Positions 13,573 through 32,355 of a stretch of DNA of 64,000 nt are shown here, piece by piece. Position 1 is the first letter of the stretch. Each line of letters opens with the position of its first letter. This DNA comes from the human T2T-CHM13v2.0 reference genome, Homo sapiens. The DNA lies in assembly GCF_009914755.1 (NCBI RefSeq), contig NC_060926.1. One strand, written 5' to 3'. The notes beneath the pieces are model-generated. The model was given only the letters and a program-made list of their open reading frames with translations. It searched no databases and had not been told where the DNA came from. A program made the position numbers and the translations under genes.

Positions 13573-13849
13573 TCTCAGTGCTTTGGGAGGCCAAGGAAGG
13601 AGGATTGCTTGAGGTCAAGAGTTCAAGACCAGCTTGGGCAACATAGCAACACTCCATCTCTACAAAAAATAAAAAATTAGCTGGGCTTGCGGCACATACC
13701 TGTAGACCCAGCTACCAGGGAGGCTGAGGCAGGAGGATCCCTTGAGTCCTGGAGTTCAAGGTTACAGTTAGCTAAGATCATGCCACTGCACTCCAGCCTG
13801 GGTGACAGAGCAAGACCCTGTCTCAAAAATAAAATATAGAAAAGAAAAT
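13573..13849 (+). mobile_element. AluJ, 5'-truncated
   Basis: J-type diagnostics ggaggattgcttgag...gggcaacatagcaa...gcaagaccctgtctc. Confidence 0.88.
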
Positions 13850-14231
13850 ATACATAGTTATATTTTGTTAAAGGCAAATGTATCTCCTAAGGTTTGAGGC
13901 AGAATATTCTCTGAATGATCCCAGGCCCCCTAGTTGGAGCAACTATATTGCTGATTTTTTGCAGTCACTTGAAGATAGAGGAAACATACCGCAGTAAAAT
14001 CCTCATATCTTGCCACTGTCACCAATGGGAAGTGTGTGGAATCACTCCTACCCTGGTTTATCAGTCTGCACCTTGTGGATTTCTGATATTGTTCTATTCT
14101 GTTCTACAGGGAATAGGCCAAGAAAGGAGAGCAGAGGGCAAAAAGTTCAGGTAGAACCGCAGGGCTGACTGAGGGCTTGGAGCCCACACATGAGAGCCAA
14201 ACCAGGAATTAGTTATTATAAGAAAGGTACA

Positions 14232-14577
<346 letters not shown>

Positions 14578-15089
14578 CTAATGGGTTTGAAATTAGAATG
14601 TCAGTACAAAGCTGAAACACAAGAATCCCACTTCTTAAACTGAGTTCATGACTCCATGTATCTATTCAGGTTGGCATGGCTCATGTGACTGTCAATGCTC
14701 CAAAATAAAGACGTTAGAAGTTCACAAGTGCAGACAGTGCTATGCCAGAGAAGTTTGATGACAGGTATTGGTGATACAATCCTAGCAAGACTGAGTTTAA
14801 GAATAAAAAGCCCAGTCACTAAGGATTAGGGCATGGCTAAAAGAAACTCAGTGTTCTGGGGCAGTGATTTTGAAAAAATGGAAAGAAGGAAAGGAAAGAG
14901 GAAGGGAAGGAGGGAAGGATGAAGGGAGAGAGAAAAAGATGGAGAGAGGAATGGAGGAACAAAGGCAGGAAGAGAAGTGGGAAAAATAAAGCAGTTTTAT
15001 GAAGCTTTTGAGAAGTAGCTAGAATTCAGTTACTCATGAATTCTTTTCGGTATCAGAGGCGAACACAGAATGGGAGCAGTAGTAAAATC

Positions 15090-15500
15090 CATAAATTCAG
15101 CAAATATTTACTGAACAGGTACTATGGACCTGCCCCTGTGCTTGGCACTGGGGCTACAGGTATGTGAAGACACAGCCCCTGCCCCTGAGTAGCTTATAGT
15201 TTAAGAAAGGTGGCAGGTTCATAAACAGATGTCAACACTAGGAGATGAACAGTGCTACAGTAAAAGATACAGGAAGCAACTACTTATGTCCGTGGGCCCA
15301 CAGATGCTTCATAGAAATGCTGATTTTTTAAAGTGTTTTTGAAGCATGACTGGGAGTTGACCAAGAGGAGAAAGAACGCATGTGTGAGAAGGAGGGATAG
15401 GAGAAAGGGTGGAAATTCCAAGTAGATCCTGCAAAACCATGAAGGGATACGGAAAGTAAGCAATTTGGAAGAAAATAGGGACACTTCCATATGTTTGATG
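15090..15500 (-). mobile_element. L2 fragment, antisense
   Basis: attcagcaaatatttactgaacaggtactatg...gtgcttggcactgggg...cctgcccctgagtagcttatagt. Confidence 0.7.
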
Positions 15501-18150
15501 CTTAACAGCTCATTTCAATTAATGTCTTTATAGACCCTTGAGCTGGGGCCAGAGTGGGTGCTAGATTCTAAGCTATGAGTGAAACAATTCCAGCTGAGGT
15601 TAATTAGACTCAGCTGCCAGGTTAGGAAGACAGGTTTGCATGAAAAGGAAAAACTTGGTTTTTCTACTTTCAGAAATATGCTCGTTGACATATTTTAACA
15701 ATTTTCGCCAATTAAAGGAGTGAAATATTTGGTGACTTTTCACCATCGTAAAAAAAAAACCACAATATTCTAGAGAAACCCTGTGTATTTCTAGATATTT
15801 CAGACATGGGCAATAGAAAAAAAGCCACTACATAAATTAGCTAATTAGCAATGTTACTCTTTAAAATTCAATTTTCAAAATATTTGAAGTTTTTAATGTA
15901 TTTTTATTTTCAAGAGTTAAGCCAAATACTTTTATTTAAAATGTCTATTGTCTCTACATTATTCATTATAGACATTTAATATTAGAAATACTTCACTATA
16001 TGAAATAAAATTTAATTATAAATTTTTAACTTTTAAACCTAACTTCTTATTTCTTTTTAATGTAGTTTCACATGCCCTTTAAAATATATAATATACATAA
16101 TGCAATATAAGAATAACTTAACTAATATATGTGAAAACACAGATAATAATAACACATAAACTTTTCTCTTTGAGAAGTTACATTTACAAAGAGCCACGTG
16201 TTTCTATTTTTGGCTCTTTTTCTACAGCCATAAATATGGAGATAGGGCTAAAATAATGTTCTATGAATAAATTCTGCATGTCACTGTTATGATTCTTTAT
16301 TTACAACTTCCTAACTGATGAAATAGTATATGAGGACTCATAACAGTACACGTAGTCCTAGCCAGAGGGTCTCAGGAATTCTTGAAGAATACCACATAAC
16401 TTTGTACTGGCTAAGACAAACAGCCAGTCGTTCTATTTTTTGAAGATCATCTTTAAAAAAAAAAATCAGATTTTGCCAAACACAATAGGAAACTCACTCT
16501 GTTAATTGTTTTGTTTAATATTTCAGCACTTAACATTCTAGATAGTTTCTGACTTATTATGAGATATGTAATCATTCTCTAGTGACGTGATAAGACCATT
16601 GCTTTCCATACACTTCAGGGAAGAACTTGATATATCACCTCCAAATCTTTTTATGTCATCACTTCACAATACTTCTGACTCATTGCTTAAATATCTTCAC
16701 TCTTCATCCCTAATAATGACATATTGCCTTTTGGGATATGGCATCAGAATATGAAGCCAATTGCTTCATAGTTATATTGTACGTGGGAAGCTATTAAGAA
16801 ACTTTAATGTCCCTAGATTTTGCATAGAATAATTCAGATTAAAAACTTTGAGTGGAAGTTCAGATGGTCATACTTTTTAACTAATCAAGTTAAGAATTCT
16901 GGTGAGTTTAAATAACTGCTGCACTGGAAGTTGGAAACTATTTTTCTTGATGGTTTGCTGTGGATATTTGAATCGCTATCCTTGTACTGCATCAAAAGAT
17001 AACCTTGTCTTTGCTCATTCCTGGTGTTTTTTGCTTATGCCATGCCAAAGAATGATTTATTCTATCTATAATTTTTAAAATAATTATATTTCCCAATGGA
17101 AAAATAATGAATAACACCATATGCAATAATATTCTATATACTACATGTGTTAAACATTAAATCCACTATAGCCCTTCATTTCTATACTCTTGTTATCTAC
17201 AATTCCCACTCCTGTAAATTCCCATCTTTTTGTAAGCTAATTAAGCACAAATTAAAATGGAAGTCCAAAAATTTTCCCCACCAAATGGAAGGGGAAATAA
17301 TTGTTGATTTCATGAAAGAGTGCAATTAGCAGAATTGAAAGAAAAGAGGAAGGGGAATTATTAAAGAAGTCATTGGGAAAAAATTTACTTTTCAGAGCTG
17401 AAAGAATATATAGTAGGAGCCTTCAAATTAAATGGACCACAGTGTTCCAATGAATTAGGTAGCAACACATGCAGTGAGATTATATCATAATATTTTTCAT
17501 TGATCCTTTATTAATATGAAATCCCAGAAATGTCCAGATGTGGGAAAAGAGCATGTTTCCAAAAAAGAAATGAATGTCAAATGTCAAATTGGAGTCAAAC
17601 TTTTTACTGGCAACTCAGGATGCTAGAAGGAAGCAGAGCAAAAAGTCTTCCATGAGACTGCATGTATGCAGAATTACACACAAAATATACTGCCAGAAAT
17701 ATTCAGGGAGCCCCAAACTGAGAAATTAACTTAAGGCTGTTGTAGATTCTTTATGCTGCAGAGTACATGACAGGAATAAGTCAAATCACCTTCACACCTC
17801 TCAAATTGCCACTGTGAAGGACCACAATCAGTAACGGTGGACCATTAACACAAAGTCCAAAATTTACAAACACACAGGAAAATAATTCACCATGAAAGAG
17901 ATTCATAGAAAATGCAAACACAGAATTAAACAGTAAATGAATTCAAAAGATATTGAGCTGGATTAAAATATTTTTTAAAAGTGTATCATGAAAAATAAAA
18001 GATTGAAGCAACATATTATAAAAACCAAGAGCCAGTCAGATTTGGGAAAGAAGCGAAGACAATTTCCAAAATATTAAGTTTTTTTTTTTTAACACAGCAG
18101 ATATGTTATACAACTAATTGTATATTGCTGAAGAGAGAATTAATGATCTA

Positions 18151-18494
<344 letters not shown>

Positions 18495-19219
18495 TTAATT
18501 ATAGAGAATAGAATATAAAGCAGAGTAATAAATTTATGCAAATATGAAAGAAAGATTAAAAGGTAGGACGGACACAATAAACAGTCTAATATATATTTAC
18601 TTGAAATCCCAAAGTAAAAGAATGGAAGAAAGGAAATATTCAAAGACACATGACTAAACACTTTATAGAACTGAATTTTAAAGGACCAGTTAGGTCCTTT
18701 AAACCTAACTGCTGTCAGATGCAGCATGCACAATGAAGGCATATCATAGTAAATAAAAAGGGTCTATACCTCTAGACAAAAGATAGTGAAAGTACATAAT
18801 ACGACAGAATTACAGGAAAAGAGAAATGTAGAATTAAAAGAGAGAAGAGAATTTAAGTTTGAAAATTGACAACTGATAACCAACTGCTCAATAGTAAAAA
18901 TAAAATCTGGAAGTGTGAAGCTATATTTTTAATATAATGAGATAAATAATTTTTGACTTCCAATTTTATATCCAACTAAATTTTAATTTAAGAATGAGGA
19001 CAAAATACACACATGTTAAAACAAACCAAAACAAAGAGGTTTCTATTAATAAACCTTCATTAAAGGAAATTTTTAGAAATATGCTTAAGCAGAAATAAAC
19101 AATATCACAGAAAAAGTAATTTGAGATAGAAGAGAAAATATTGGCCAGTGAAATTGCTGAGTATATGGGTAAATCTGAACAAACCAACTGCCTATATAAA
19201 ATAGTAATAATATAGGCAG

Positions 19220-19807
19220 TATGGAGGAAAGGGTTAACTTAGCAGGCTTGGGATGTGCAAACCCTGTATCTCCAAAGAAAAGACTGGTCTTTGAACCAGC
19301 TCCTGGGAAACAACCTCCAAGCTCTGGAATATCAGGCCCGATAAGAGTCTTTGTGTACCTGGGGCACTTACCCAGGTCAGATTGTTTATGCCGACAATGT
19401 GATTTATGATGGGGGCCTTGGACCATGCTGTATCAGTTTGGTCTCTGGGAGAGCAAATGGAGAATGAGTAACTAAGGTCAGCCACATAGATGCTCCATAT
19501 TTGTGTGAACAACCTCCAGCAAAAGTTGTGGATGACAAGGCTAGAATGAGCTTCCCTGGTTGGTAATACTTCATGCATTTTGTCTCACATTGTTGGTGAG
19601 AGAATTAAAGTAGAACCGTTTATAGAACTTTCCTGGGAGAGAACAATTAGAAGTTTGTGTCTTGTTTCTCTCAGACTCTGCCCTATGCCTTGTTTGTCAT
19701 TTGCTGATTAATCTGTATGCATTTGCTGTAATAAACTGTAGTGGTGAGAATAACGGCTCTTCCGAGTTCTGTGAGGTCTAGTGAATAAGTGACCTAAGGC
19801 TGGACAC
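19220..19807 (+). mobile_element. ERVL-family solo LTR (MER77-like)
   Basis: aagggttaacttagcaggc...aaaccctgtatctccaaagaaa...gataagagtctttgtgtacctgggg; poly(A) signal in tgtaataaact. Confidence 0.7.
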
Positions 19808-20008
19808 AGGGATTTAAAACAAATTGGAACTAAAATATCAAATAATAATAACATAATGCAGAAAGCAGATGATCAATCAAACCATTCTCAAGTATTCTTC
19901 AAGAGCAAAAATTAAAGGATCAGCCTTACACCTTCATCAGTTTAAGTATTTACATTAAAGTTTTAGGAGTAAAAAATTAAAAAATACAAATAGAGTGATA
20001 AATTTTTA

Positions 20009-20566
<558 letters not shown>

Positions 20567-21957
20567 TCATAAATGTAAATGTCCCAACTCTTCAGTGGAA
20601 AGACAAGATTGTCAGGTTGGAATTTTAGAAAAAGTTAGGCATATACAACACAAAATAGACACTTGTAAAATATTGAAATATTAACCAAAAGAAAGACAAT
20701 ATGGCTATTTTATTCTCAGAAAGGAAATAGACTTAAATGGAAAAAAATACCACGTAACAATAAAAATAAAGAATAATCTTTTAAGAAAGTAAAGGAAATC
20801 CACTGAGACTGAGAACAAAGTGAAAGTACAATTTTAGGGAGGTAAGCAAGCCCAGAAACTGTTAGTTCCCATACTAATCTAGGATGGTAGAACTTTGAAA
20901 AATCAAATAGATGAAAGCATGCAATTGATTCAGGATACTAGGCCCTGGGCTCATCTAGGATGGGAAGCTAGATCACTGATGCCTTAGGAAGCTGAATACC
21001 ACAATGGACTGTACACATAGGAGTGAAAGGCTAAACTAAAAATATGCTTACTTCAATCTGGTCTGAGTGGATGGAAAATAATTTTATCTCCCAGGAATTC
21101 CTAACTCAAGAATTAGGGACTCTCACCCCAACCTAATTCAAGTTTGAGACCCAAATTCACATATTTGTGAGATCCTGAAAGCTTCAAACCTGTAACTTAA
21201 TTTATACTTAATTCACTATGCAGATAGCGGAAGCAAAATATAAATGCTTTCTGGAAGCACATGCTTTCAACTGGGGTCTCAAAAAAGTCCCATAGATAAA
21301 GTTCCAGTGAGAATGAGCTCACAATCAAAAATCACAATAAACATAAGAAACAAGACTGTATAAAAATCAACAAGTGTAGGAAGGCAGAATTATGCCCATG
21401 TAAACATCAATGAAGAATTTGAAAGTGAACTCTGCATACTCTGGGCATTTAGTTTATGACATATGTGGCAATTCAGGTCAGTTGGAAATGGATAGACTAG
21501 TCGGTGAATTAGTACTTAGGCAATAGTCTGTCATTAGAAGAAAAATTCGATCTTGTCTTTCATTATATACACAATTTATTCCAAATGGTTTAAAAGCTAA
21601 GTATAAAAATCCCCAACTCAAAACTACAAGAAATATTGGAAAAAATATAGGAAATATTTATGACTTCAGAATAAGAAAGGAATTTATAAGAAACACTTGA
21701 AATGAAAAAGAGAAAGAAAATATAAGATTCAATATCATAAAAATATTTAAACTTTGTTCTGTTGCAATAATATATTAGCTAATGTTAAAGTACTAAAAAA
21801 AAGAAATAAAATATTTGCAGTGCATATAACCCACAACATATTAATATCCAGGATATGTAGGAGGCATCTGCCAAGAAAGAGACAACCAAATTTAAAATTA
21901 GGCAAAGTATACAAACAACAAAAAAACTAGAAATGGATAATAATTATATGAAAACGT

Positions 21958-22090
21958 GGGGTACTATATTCACTATTTGAGTGATGGGTTCAACAGAAGC
22001 TCAATCTCAGCATTGTACAATATACTCATGTAACAAAACTGCACCGGTACCCCCTGGATCTAAAATAATGACATAAAGAAATAAATAATA
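21958..22090 (+). mobile_element. L1MA/L1PB 3' end stub
   Basis: gggtactatattcactatttgagtgatggg...catgtaacaaaactgcac...ctaaaataa. Confidence 0.7.
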
Positions 22091-24061
22091 AGACAAAATT
22101 GTTCATTCCTTAAAAAAAAATCGGTAGCACTACTAATAATTGAGGAAATAAAAATTAACATGATAATTAAACATAACTTTTCCCATCAGAATGGCCAAAA
22201 AATTTGTGTAACCATTTGTAGTTGTGGAGTGTATAAAGAAAGAGACCCTCTCATATGTTGTTGGTGGTAGTATAAAAATTGTATGATCACATGAGGAGAC
22301 ATTTTAACAGGGTTAATTAAAATTTAAAAGGTCAACCAACAGTTCAACATCAGTATTTATCTCTTTAATCAAAAGAAATACTATACATGAGTACAATTAT
22401 CAATGATGGAGGATATTTATGGCAGTATTGGTTTTATTAGAAAAAAAATGGATACAGTTTAAATGCCAATTACATAAGCGAATGATTGAATAAATCATGA
22501 TTCATCCATTACCTAAATATAAAGTAAGATTGAGAAGAATGAGATAGTAAGGTTGGTATGACATAGGAAGTGTCTGAGATGTATTGATATGTTGTTGTGT
22601 TTTATTTAACATTTTATAGGAAGAAATCATTGTTGGTGTATTACTTGTATTATTGTCTAAAATAGGGGAAAACCCCTAAGAAATTGGGCAACTTTTTGAT
22701 TAAATATATTAAATTATTTATAGTACTATGATTAGCACACCTATATGCTTAAGAATTGTTAAGCTGTAAAAAGTTAGGTTTAAATTTTGTATTGCAATAT
22801 AAACTATCATATTAAAATACAGTGATTTGGGCAGTGAAACTAGCCTTTTGTTGGCTATTTAATTCCATGTATTTTAGAAATTACTGTTATCTCAATTTCT
22901 TTTTAATTTAGTGGAAATTTGCAAGAGACTTGCAAGTTTAAAAATATTAGTGAATAGAGTACTTACGGAAAGGTTCACATAAAATCCTACAACTTCAAAA
23001 ATCCTGTTTTGAGATTTAGCTCAATGTAGCACATTTCACCATCTGAAGAGCAAAGTCTAGATTCTTCTACAGGTTTGCAAAGGAATTAATTCAATGTTTG
23101 TTCATATTGCTACTAAGCAATCTGTATTGGGTCCCAGTTACCACAGATTTTGCCTGAATTGTTTGCATTCCATCAGCCTTATAGGATGCAGTTCAGGTAT
23201 CTTAAGTGATGTCGGAAGTTGTTAATGGCATACAGAAGGCTTTTATTAAGTATTAATTAATGGGCTGAATTCCTATTGAGGCCAGGCCATAGAATAGAAT
23301 AAGAAATAATAGGAAATAAATTCTGAGGCACAAAAAGGCTAACTGAAAGCCTGGACATCACCACTACACAACATATCCATGTAACAAAACTGAACTTTTA
23401 CCCCCAGATCTGTTTTCAAAAACACAAAAAATAAAGATGATAGGAAAACATTCTCTAAGGAGCATAGTCATCTCAACTCTAAGGGAGGATGTTAACACCA
23501 ATTATATGTATGGCATTGGCACTAACAATGCAACCATGCATAAAACATCCTCTATGAATTCCCAACTTTTATTGTCTGGCCCAGAGTTTCTCAAATCATC
23601 CTCTTAGTATGATTATTAAAATGCAGATTTCTTAGTGCAAGCTTCAGTTTAAAACGAAATGAAAACGCTTGCTTCAAAAATGTGGTTTCTGCCCATATAG
23701 GGCTTACTTTCTGGCTAAGAATGCAGACAATAATAGGTAAACCATAATGTGGGACTGAAGGAGAAAAACTAGGTGCATGGTTGTTGCTATGGGACTACTA
23801 GGGACAAAGGAACCATTTCACTGTATTTTTTAAAAATTCAATTTGCTACTAGATTTCAAAGGAATTAGCTCTTGAGCCTGGCAAGATGTTTTCTGAGCTG
23901 TTTATGTGTTAGTAGGGTGTCAAGTGATTGCAGAAGTAATATCAATTCATTTTTTCTATTGCCAAATTTGTGACTCAACTTCAATAATTCTTGAAGTAAG
24001 TTACATGTGACTGGCAGTTCTCTCTGTGAGAGAAATGTCCCAACTGTGTACTTGTGTTTCA

Positions 24062-24560
24062 GATGGATTCAGGACATGCTACCCTAACATATGACACCCC
24101 AGCATATTGAATATTTTAAGCTGAAGGAATTTGAGAAACAGCACATGCAGCAAGTATTTTCTGACCTTCTGTTCTGAAGTAGGTCATGAAAACTCCACTT
24201 GAGATGTATCCGCCCCATACCAAAAGAAGAACAGCATCCTTTGGAGTCTCCAAAGACACAGGGACACAGAGAGGAATCTAGAACAGATTTTGCTGCCCCC
24301 CGCCCCCAGTTTACTACACTCAACTCATGTCTTTGTGCTATCAGTTCTCTACAATTTTCCATTCTCCTCAAACCAAGCATAAAAGCACTCACGTTCAACA
24401 ATTCTTTGAGTCCTCATTTCCTTATAAAGTCCGCTGTGACACATAAAACTTATATTAAATCCACTTGTATGCTTTACTCGTTTTAATATGTCTTTTGTTG
24501 CAGGGGTCCCAGGAGTGAACCTGGGATAGGTAGAAAGAAAAAAATATTTACTATCTCTTA
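24062..24560 (+). mobile_element. ERV1 solo LTR (MER34/MER39 family)
   Basis: ttcaggacatgctaccctaacatatgacacc...gcatattgaatattttaagctgaaggaatttgagaaacagca. Confidence 0.65.
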
Positions 24561-25328
24561 TTTCCTCAAGACAATAGATTTGATGGCTTTTTTACCCAAT
24601 ATAACCCAGACTTGAAGAACAAGAAGATAGACCAAATAATAATTAATCAGGACCAGAAAAACAGTATAACAAAAACCTCAATGCTAGACAGGTGAGCAGT
24701 CATTATAATAAGGGAACAGAAGCCCATTGAGAATTGTTCTCTACTTTTAACCCCCCAACTCCACCACTCCAAGGAATCACTGTGAGAAGCACAAGATTCT
24801 ACAAAATAGAAAGTTCTTAGGTGTCTTTTCTAAAAGGTGGGTGGTTCTGTACCACGGGCATTAAAGTCACAGATAAAATGACCCCACATTTTCCTCTTTG
24901 GCTGCTCCCCCAAATGCAAACTTTCCCCCTATTTCGCAGGCAACCTCTGCGTGTATCTACATGATTATTTTGGCATGTTTCACTCTGTATTATGATTTAT
25001 TTGTTTGCCTTATTCATAACTACATACCCATATGTGCCCTCTGTGGAGTGTATCTCAAAATATTTGTTGAATGATTCAATTAATTGATTAATTTTACCAC
25101 AACCAAGAAAAATACTAAGAATCATTAAACATAGTTTTAATTTGTGAGTATAGGGGAGTATGCACTTTCATATAGAGACTCAATATGATACTATAGTTGA
25201 GCACAAATTGTGGTGATAGGCAAACTCAAAATTAAATCCTCTATTGAGCATGTACAAGTTATGCAACATTGAAAAAGTTACTTAACCACTTTAAGCTTCA
25301 GTGTTTCACTCTTTAAAATAGTAAAGTT

Positions 25329-28264
<2,936 letters not shown>

Positions 28265-30747
28265 TAAAATAGTAAAGTTAATGATAGCAACCGCTTAGGC
28301 ATGTTGTGGGCATTACCTGCAATACTGCATGAAAATAACTTATCACACTGCATAACACTCAAAATGAAACTAGTTTTAACAGCAATTTAAAACACAGGTT
28401 TAGTTTGCCAGCTAGGGAAAGTGCATTCTTAGAACACTTCTGTAAGATGTATCTATAATTAAAGTGAATTATTTTAAAGTATTTCTCTATGATGTTTCCA
28501 AGTTTTTCAAATTATCAGATGCAAGACAAATTGTACTTGCACACTCAGTGCCTAGTAGATATTCAATGATTACCATTTGAGTGAATATATGATTTCCCAT
28601 TTTGACAAAAAGTGATTGGGTATGGATTATGCTTCGCAGGCATAAATTTAAATGATAAGCTCTGCAAAACATTGTATCAAATACAGTTTGCCATATCCAT
28701 ATTTTTATGACTTGTTGACAGAATAATTTTTTAAAAATGATCAAGGCTTGAAGAGTATGAGAAGCTGACCTATCAACCTGAAATGATAATTGAAGCAAAA
28801 TATGAATGGCTTTTTAGTCAGTTAAAAGAATGGATGAGGAAATAGACACTTCTCAGTCAAACTTCAAGGATAGTTCAGTTGCCTCTTCTGGGTTTCCCTC
28901 TTCCAAGCCCCATTGAACTTTGATTTGTTTCTTTCAATTTTTTTTCAATTCAATCTAAAAATACCCATCTTAAATCATCCTTATACATTTTTCCAATTCC
29001 CACTACAAAGTAATGAAATGTTGCTTAGAAATATTTACTATGCTTTTTAAATTTACCACAACAAAATGCATTGAGTGCACTAAAATCATGGGAACAGGCA
29101 TTGTCAATAGACACTCAACACAGTTTATGACATTCAAATGAAGTTCTTGAAAGAAGTGTTTGTCATGAGAGAGCTCAGTGTTTTTAGTTCTACACTGCTG
29201 ATTTGTCCCTCACATCCTTTCAATTTTCAGGAATTCATTCATTCAAGCATTCATTTATTTATTTACTAATCAATCTATTTATTCCATATTTCATAAAACA
29301 AAGTGCTTTTGACAGAATTCACTATTCTTGCTTGGGATAACATTTGATCCTAGTATGTTCTAGGGATGTTCCTAGATCTCAAAGTCAATATCCACTTTAT
29401 ACAGATGTTTTTCTTTATTTATATGAACCAAAAGGGAGAAGCGTGTGCATTTACATTGTATAAGTATGCATGTATAATAGCTTGGAGGCTACCCTTTTTC
29501 TCCATTTATTCTAGAACCACCAAATAGATATACACACCACACTCACACACACACGAAGTTCACTAAAAATAAGTGCTTTTTCATTACTTTTAGCAAAAGT
29601 ATGAGGAATCCAGAATGCTTGCCTTCCTTTCCCCCTACAATCAAAGCAGCTTGTGGGATGTTATCAATTTTATGCACTTACAAAGAAAACAGTGAAATTC
29701 CTTGACAATGCTGCTGGATATGATTGTGAAAAATGTTGCAATAGGAGGAAAAAAGTGTATGAGTATACAAGCCCATGCACTGATACAAGAAGAAAAGATT
29801 TTATAGCTTCATCTTGGCCAGAGCAACACATTTTAGCTTGATAACTATCTAGTAATTTTGGAGAAAATATTGTAGGAGAGACTATTAAGAGTGAAAAAAA
29901 AGTCTATGACAGCTGTTCCTCTTCTCCACTGAAAATAAAAGGCATTAAATATGAAGTTATTTATCCACTTTAAAAGTGCTTTAAAACAGTGTTCTAGTTG
30001 TGCCGTAACATAAACAGAGTTTGCCATCAGAACTTACATTTTGCACTTAAAGATAACAAAAGAAGAATTGAAGCAAATTGTATGTGTCTTCTCAGGTTAC
30101 AAAGAGTACATATCCTTACAAAATCCAACTGAAAATAGCTAATTTGAATATCATACCAAAGTTTTAGTTTCTGAGACTATATGGTTTTATACATATTTTC
30201 TATTATTTCTCATTTACAACTATAAATGCGTTTGAGGTAAGAGTCTAGAAAATTTAGGGATGCAGTTGAAAGATGTTCAGTGTATTTTTACCATATAATA
30301 TTTACATTTTGCAAATTTGAAAACACTAGATTTTTTTATGCAACATTTTGAAATTTAATTCACATGGACTTAAATACAAAAGAGGTAATGTAGATGTGTT
30401 TATGCATCAGTTAATCAAACCAACATTTATCAAGCTCCTCAGAGAACCAAGCTCCTGTGTGAGGTTGGGATGGCCTCCCAGGAATGGTGGGATAGAAATG
30501 GCTCCATCTTCACAGAGTTTACCATGTAACTTACATTTCTACTGTGCTTTCACAGTATATAAAGCATTTTTACAAACATGGTGTTGCCTCTGGCTTATTA
30601 TTTGAGATACATGTTGTTATTCCTAGCAAATGAAATTATTGAAACTTGTAAATTTTAAGATTGAGATGTTCAATAACAATTTCAAATACATACATATGAC
30701 ATTTAACCATGAAAATAACCATTTAGATTTTATTGCACTTGATAGTT

Positions 30748-31340
30748 TTATCAGTAAGATTCCAATCTGTAGACAGGAACCACACAGTTATTTGAACAGG
30801 GAAAGTATATTTAAAATAATTATTAACTATAAATGGAGATTGGAGTAATAGACGATTGGCTACAAAGGGATAAAGAAAACTCTAAGGAATACAGAAATAG
30901 CAGATATAAGAAGCAGACACTACCTCTGGGGGGTAGGAGGGGAAAGAGTTCCCAAGAAAGAAATGAATCTGGAAATAGGCCCCTTCCTCCAAGGCTAGGA
31001 TTCAGGCCTCAGTGGGGAGGGCACTACCATGGCCCACCGGATGGTGGAAACGTTCATAGAGGGGCTGCACTGGAAAACTAACTGAGAATCTCTTCCTTGG
31101 TATACCGGGGGAGGAACCATGGAGAGATTCCACATGCTGCTGGCTGCAGTGCACTGCAGAAGGCTGTCAGGAGAGATGGTACACAGAAACCAAGAATTGT
31201 TTCTCCTCCAGGATCTCTCTGGAGTCCTCCGCCATCAAGCTAATCATTTTGCTGGCTAGCAAGGGAGAAATATTCTATTATGACAAATATAGCCACAGAG
31301 AGTGGCTTTCAAGCTAAGAGGAATAGAATGATAATTGCTA
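30748..31340 (-). mobile_element. Ancient ERVL solo LTR (LTR41-like)
   Basis: gacaggaaccacacagttatttgaacagggaaag...aaatagcagatataagaagcag; subfamily from recall. Confidence 0.5.
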
Positions 31341-31519
31341 CGTTGGCATATCAATAACATTTAGATGTAGTATATCCTTTACTTGTCACAACTACACTAC
31401 AAGGATACATTTTTTATTCTTATATCATGGATAAAGTCATTTAAAATATTTTATGTAATTTTTTAATGATTTAAGAATAAATTATTTTCTCTTATTGTGA
31501 GGCATAAAACTTATAATCT

Positions 31520-31775
31520 GGTCATTGAAAGCACTGAATTTGGCACCAGGTTGTTTGGGTCCCTTTTCTGACCATGAGACATTGGGCAAAATATGTTGGG
31601 AAAAATATTTAACATGCCTGTATCTATATTTCTTCATTAAAATAAAAAAACAATAAAAGGAACTTACTCATATATTACACCATATATTTCTTATGAAGAT
31701 TATATTGGATGATGCTTTTCAACATGCTTAGGACATAACTGGTACATATATGACACAATGCTCATTTCTAGGTTA
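31520..31775 (+). mobile_element. MIR
   Basis: tgagacattgggcaaa...tttaacatgcctgtatctatatttcttcatt...atgcttaggacataactggtacata. Confidence 0.55.
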
Positions 31776-32355
31776 TTGTTTTATTATCATATATTATTTA
31801 GTTACATCTTTCATTAAGAAATCTTAAATATCCAAAGAATAAAAAAGGCTATGTGCATTCAGGGAAGAAAATCAGTCATATACAAAGCAAGAATAGTTAA
31901 GCTGCAGTCAGAGTACTTTTCCAACATATGCAATGCTAGAGAACAGTAGAATTACATGTGCAGGCTTGGTAGGAGATTATTAAAATAAGTAATTGCGCAA
32001 ACAAGCTAAGTATTTCTTATTCATATATATAGGCAAAAAAAATAAGATATTGAAAATGCCTGGCCCTGAAGTTCATCTACTACTAAATGGATACTGTCTG
32101 ATAAGAAATAACTATGTGTCTCCTCATAAAAAAAATTTTTAATGAGCTTTGTTTTGTTGTTCTCATTATAAATCTAATATGTGATTTTCTACTGGAAAAT
32201 AGAGAAAAGCTTAAAGAAAAGTTTTAAAGCACTCATAATTCTACCCAGAGAGAAACATGGGTGTTTCCTCCTCATTTTTTATTCTATGGATGTGCATGCA
32301 CACAAGCATATAGAAATATACATTGTTGAAAACTGGCATTATACTGTTTAACCAG

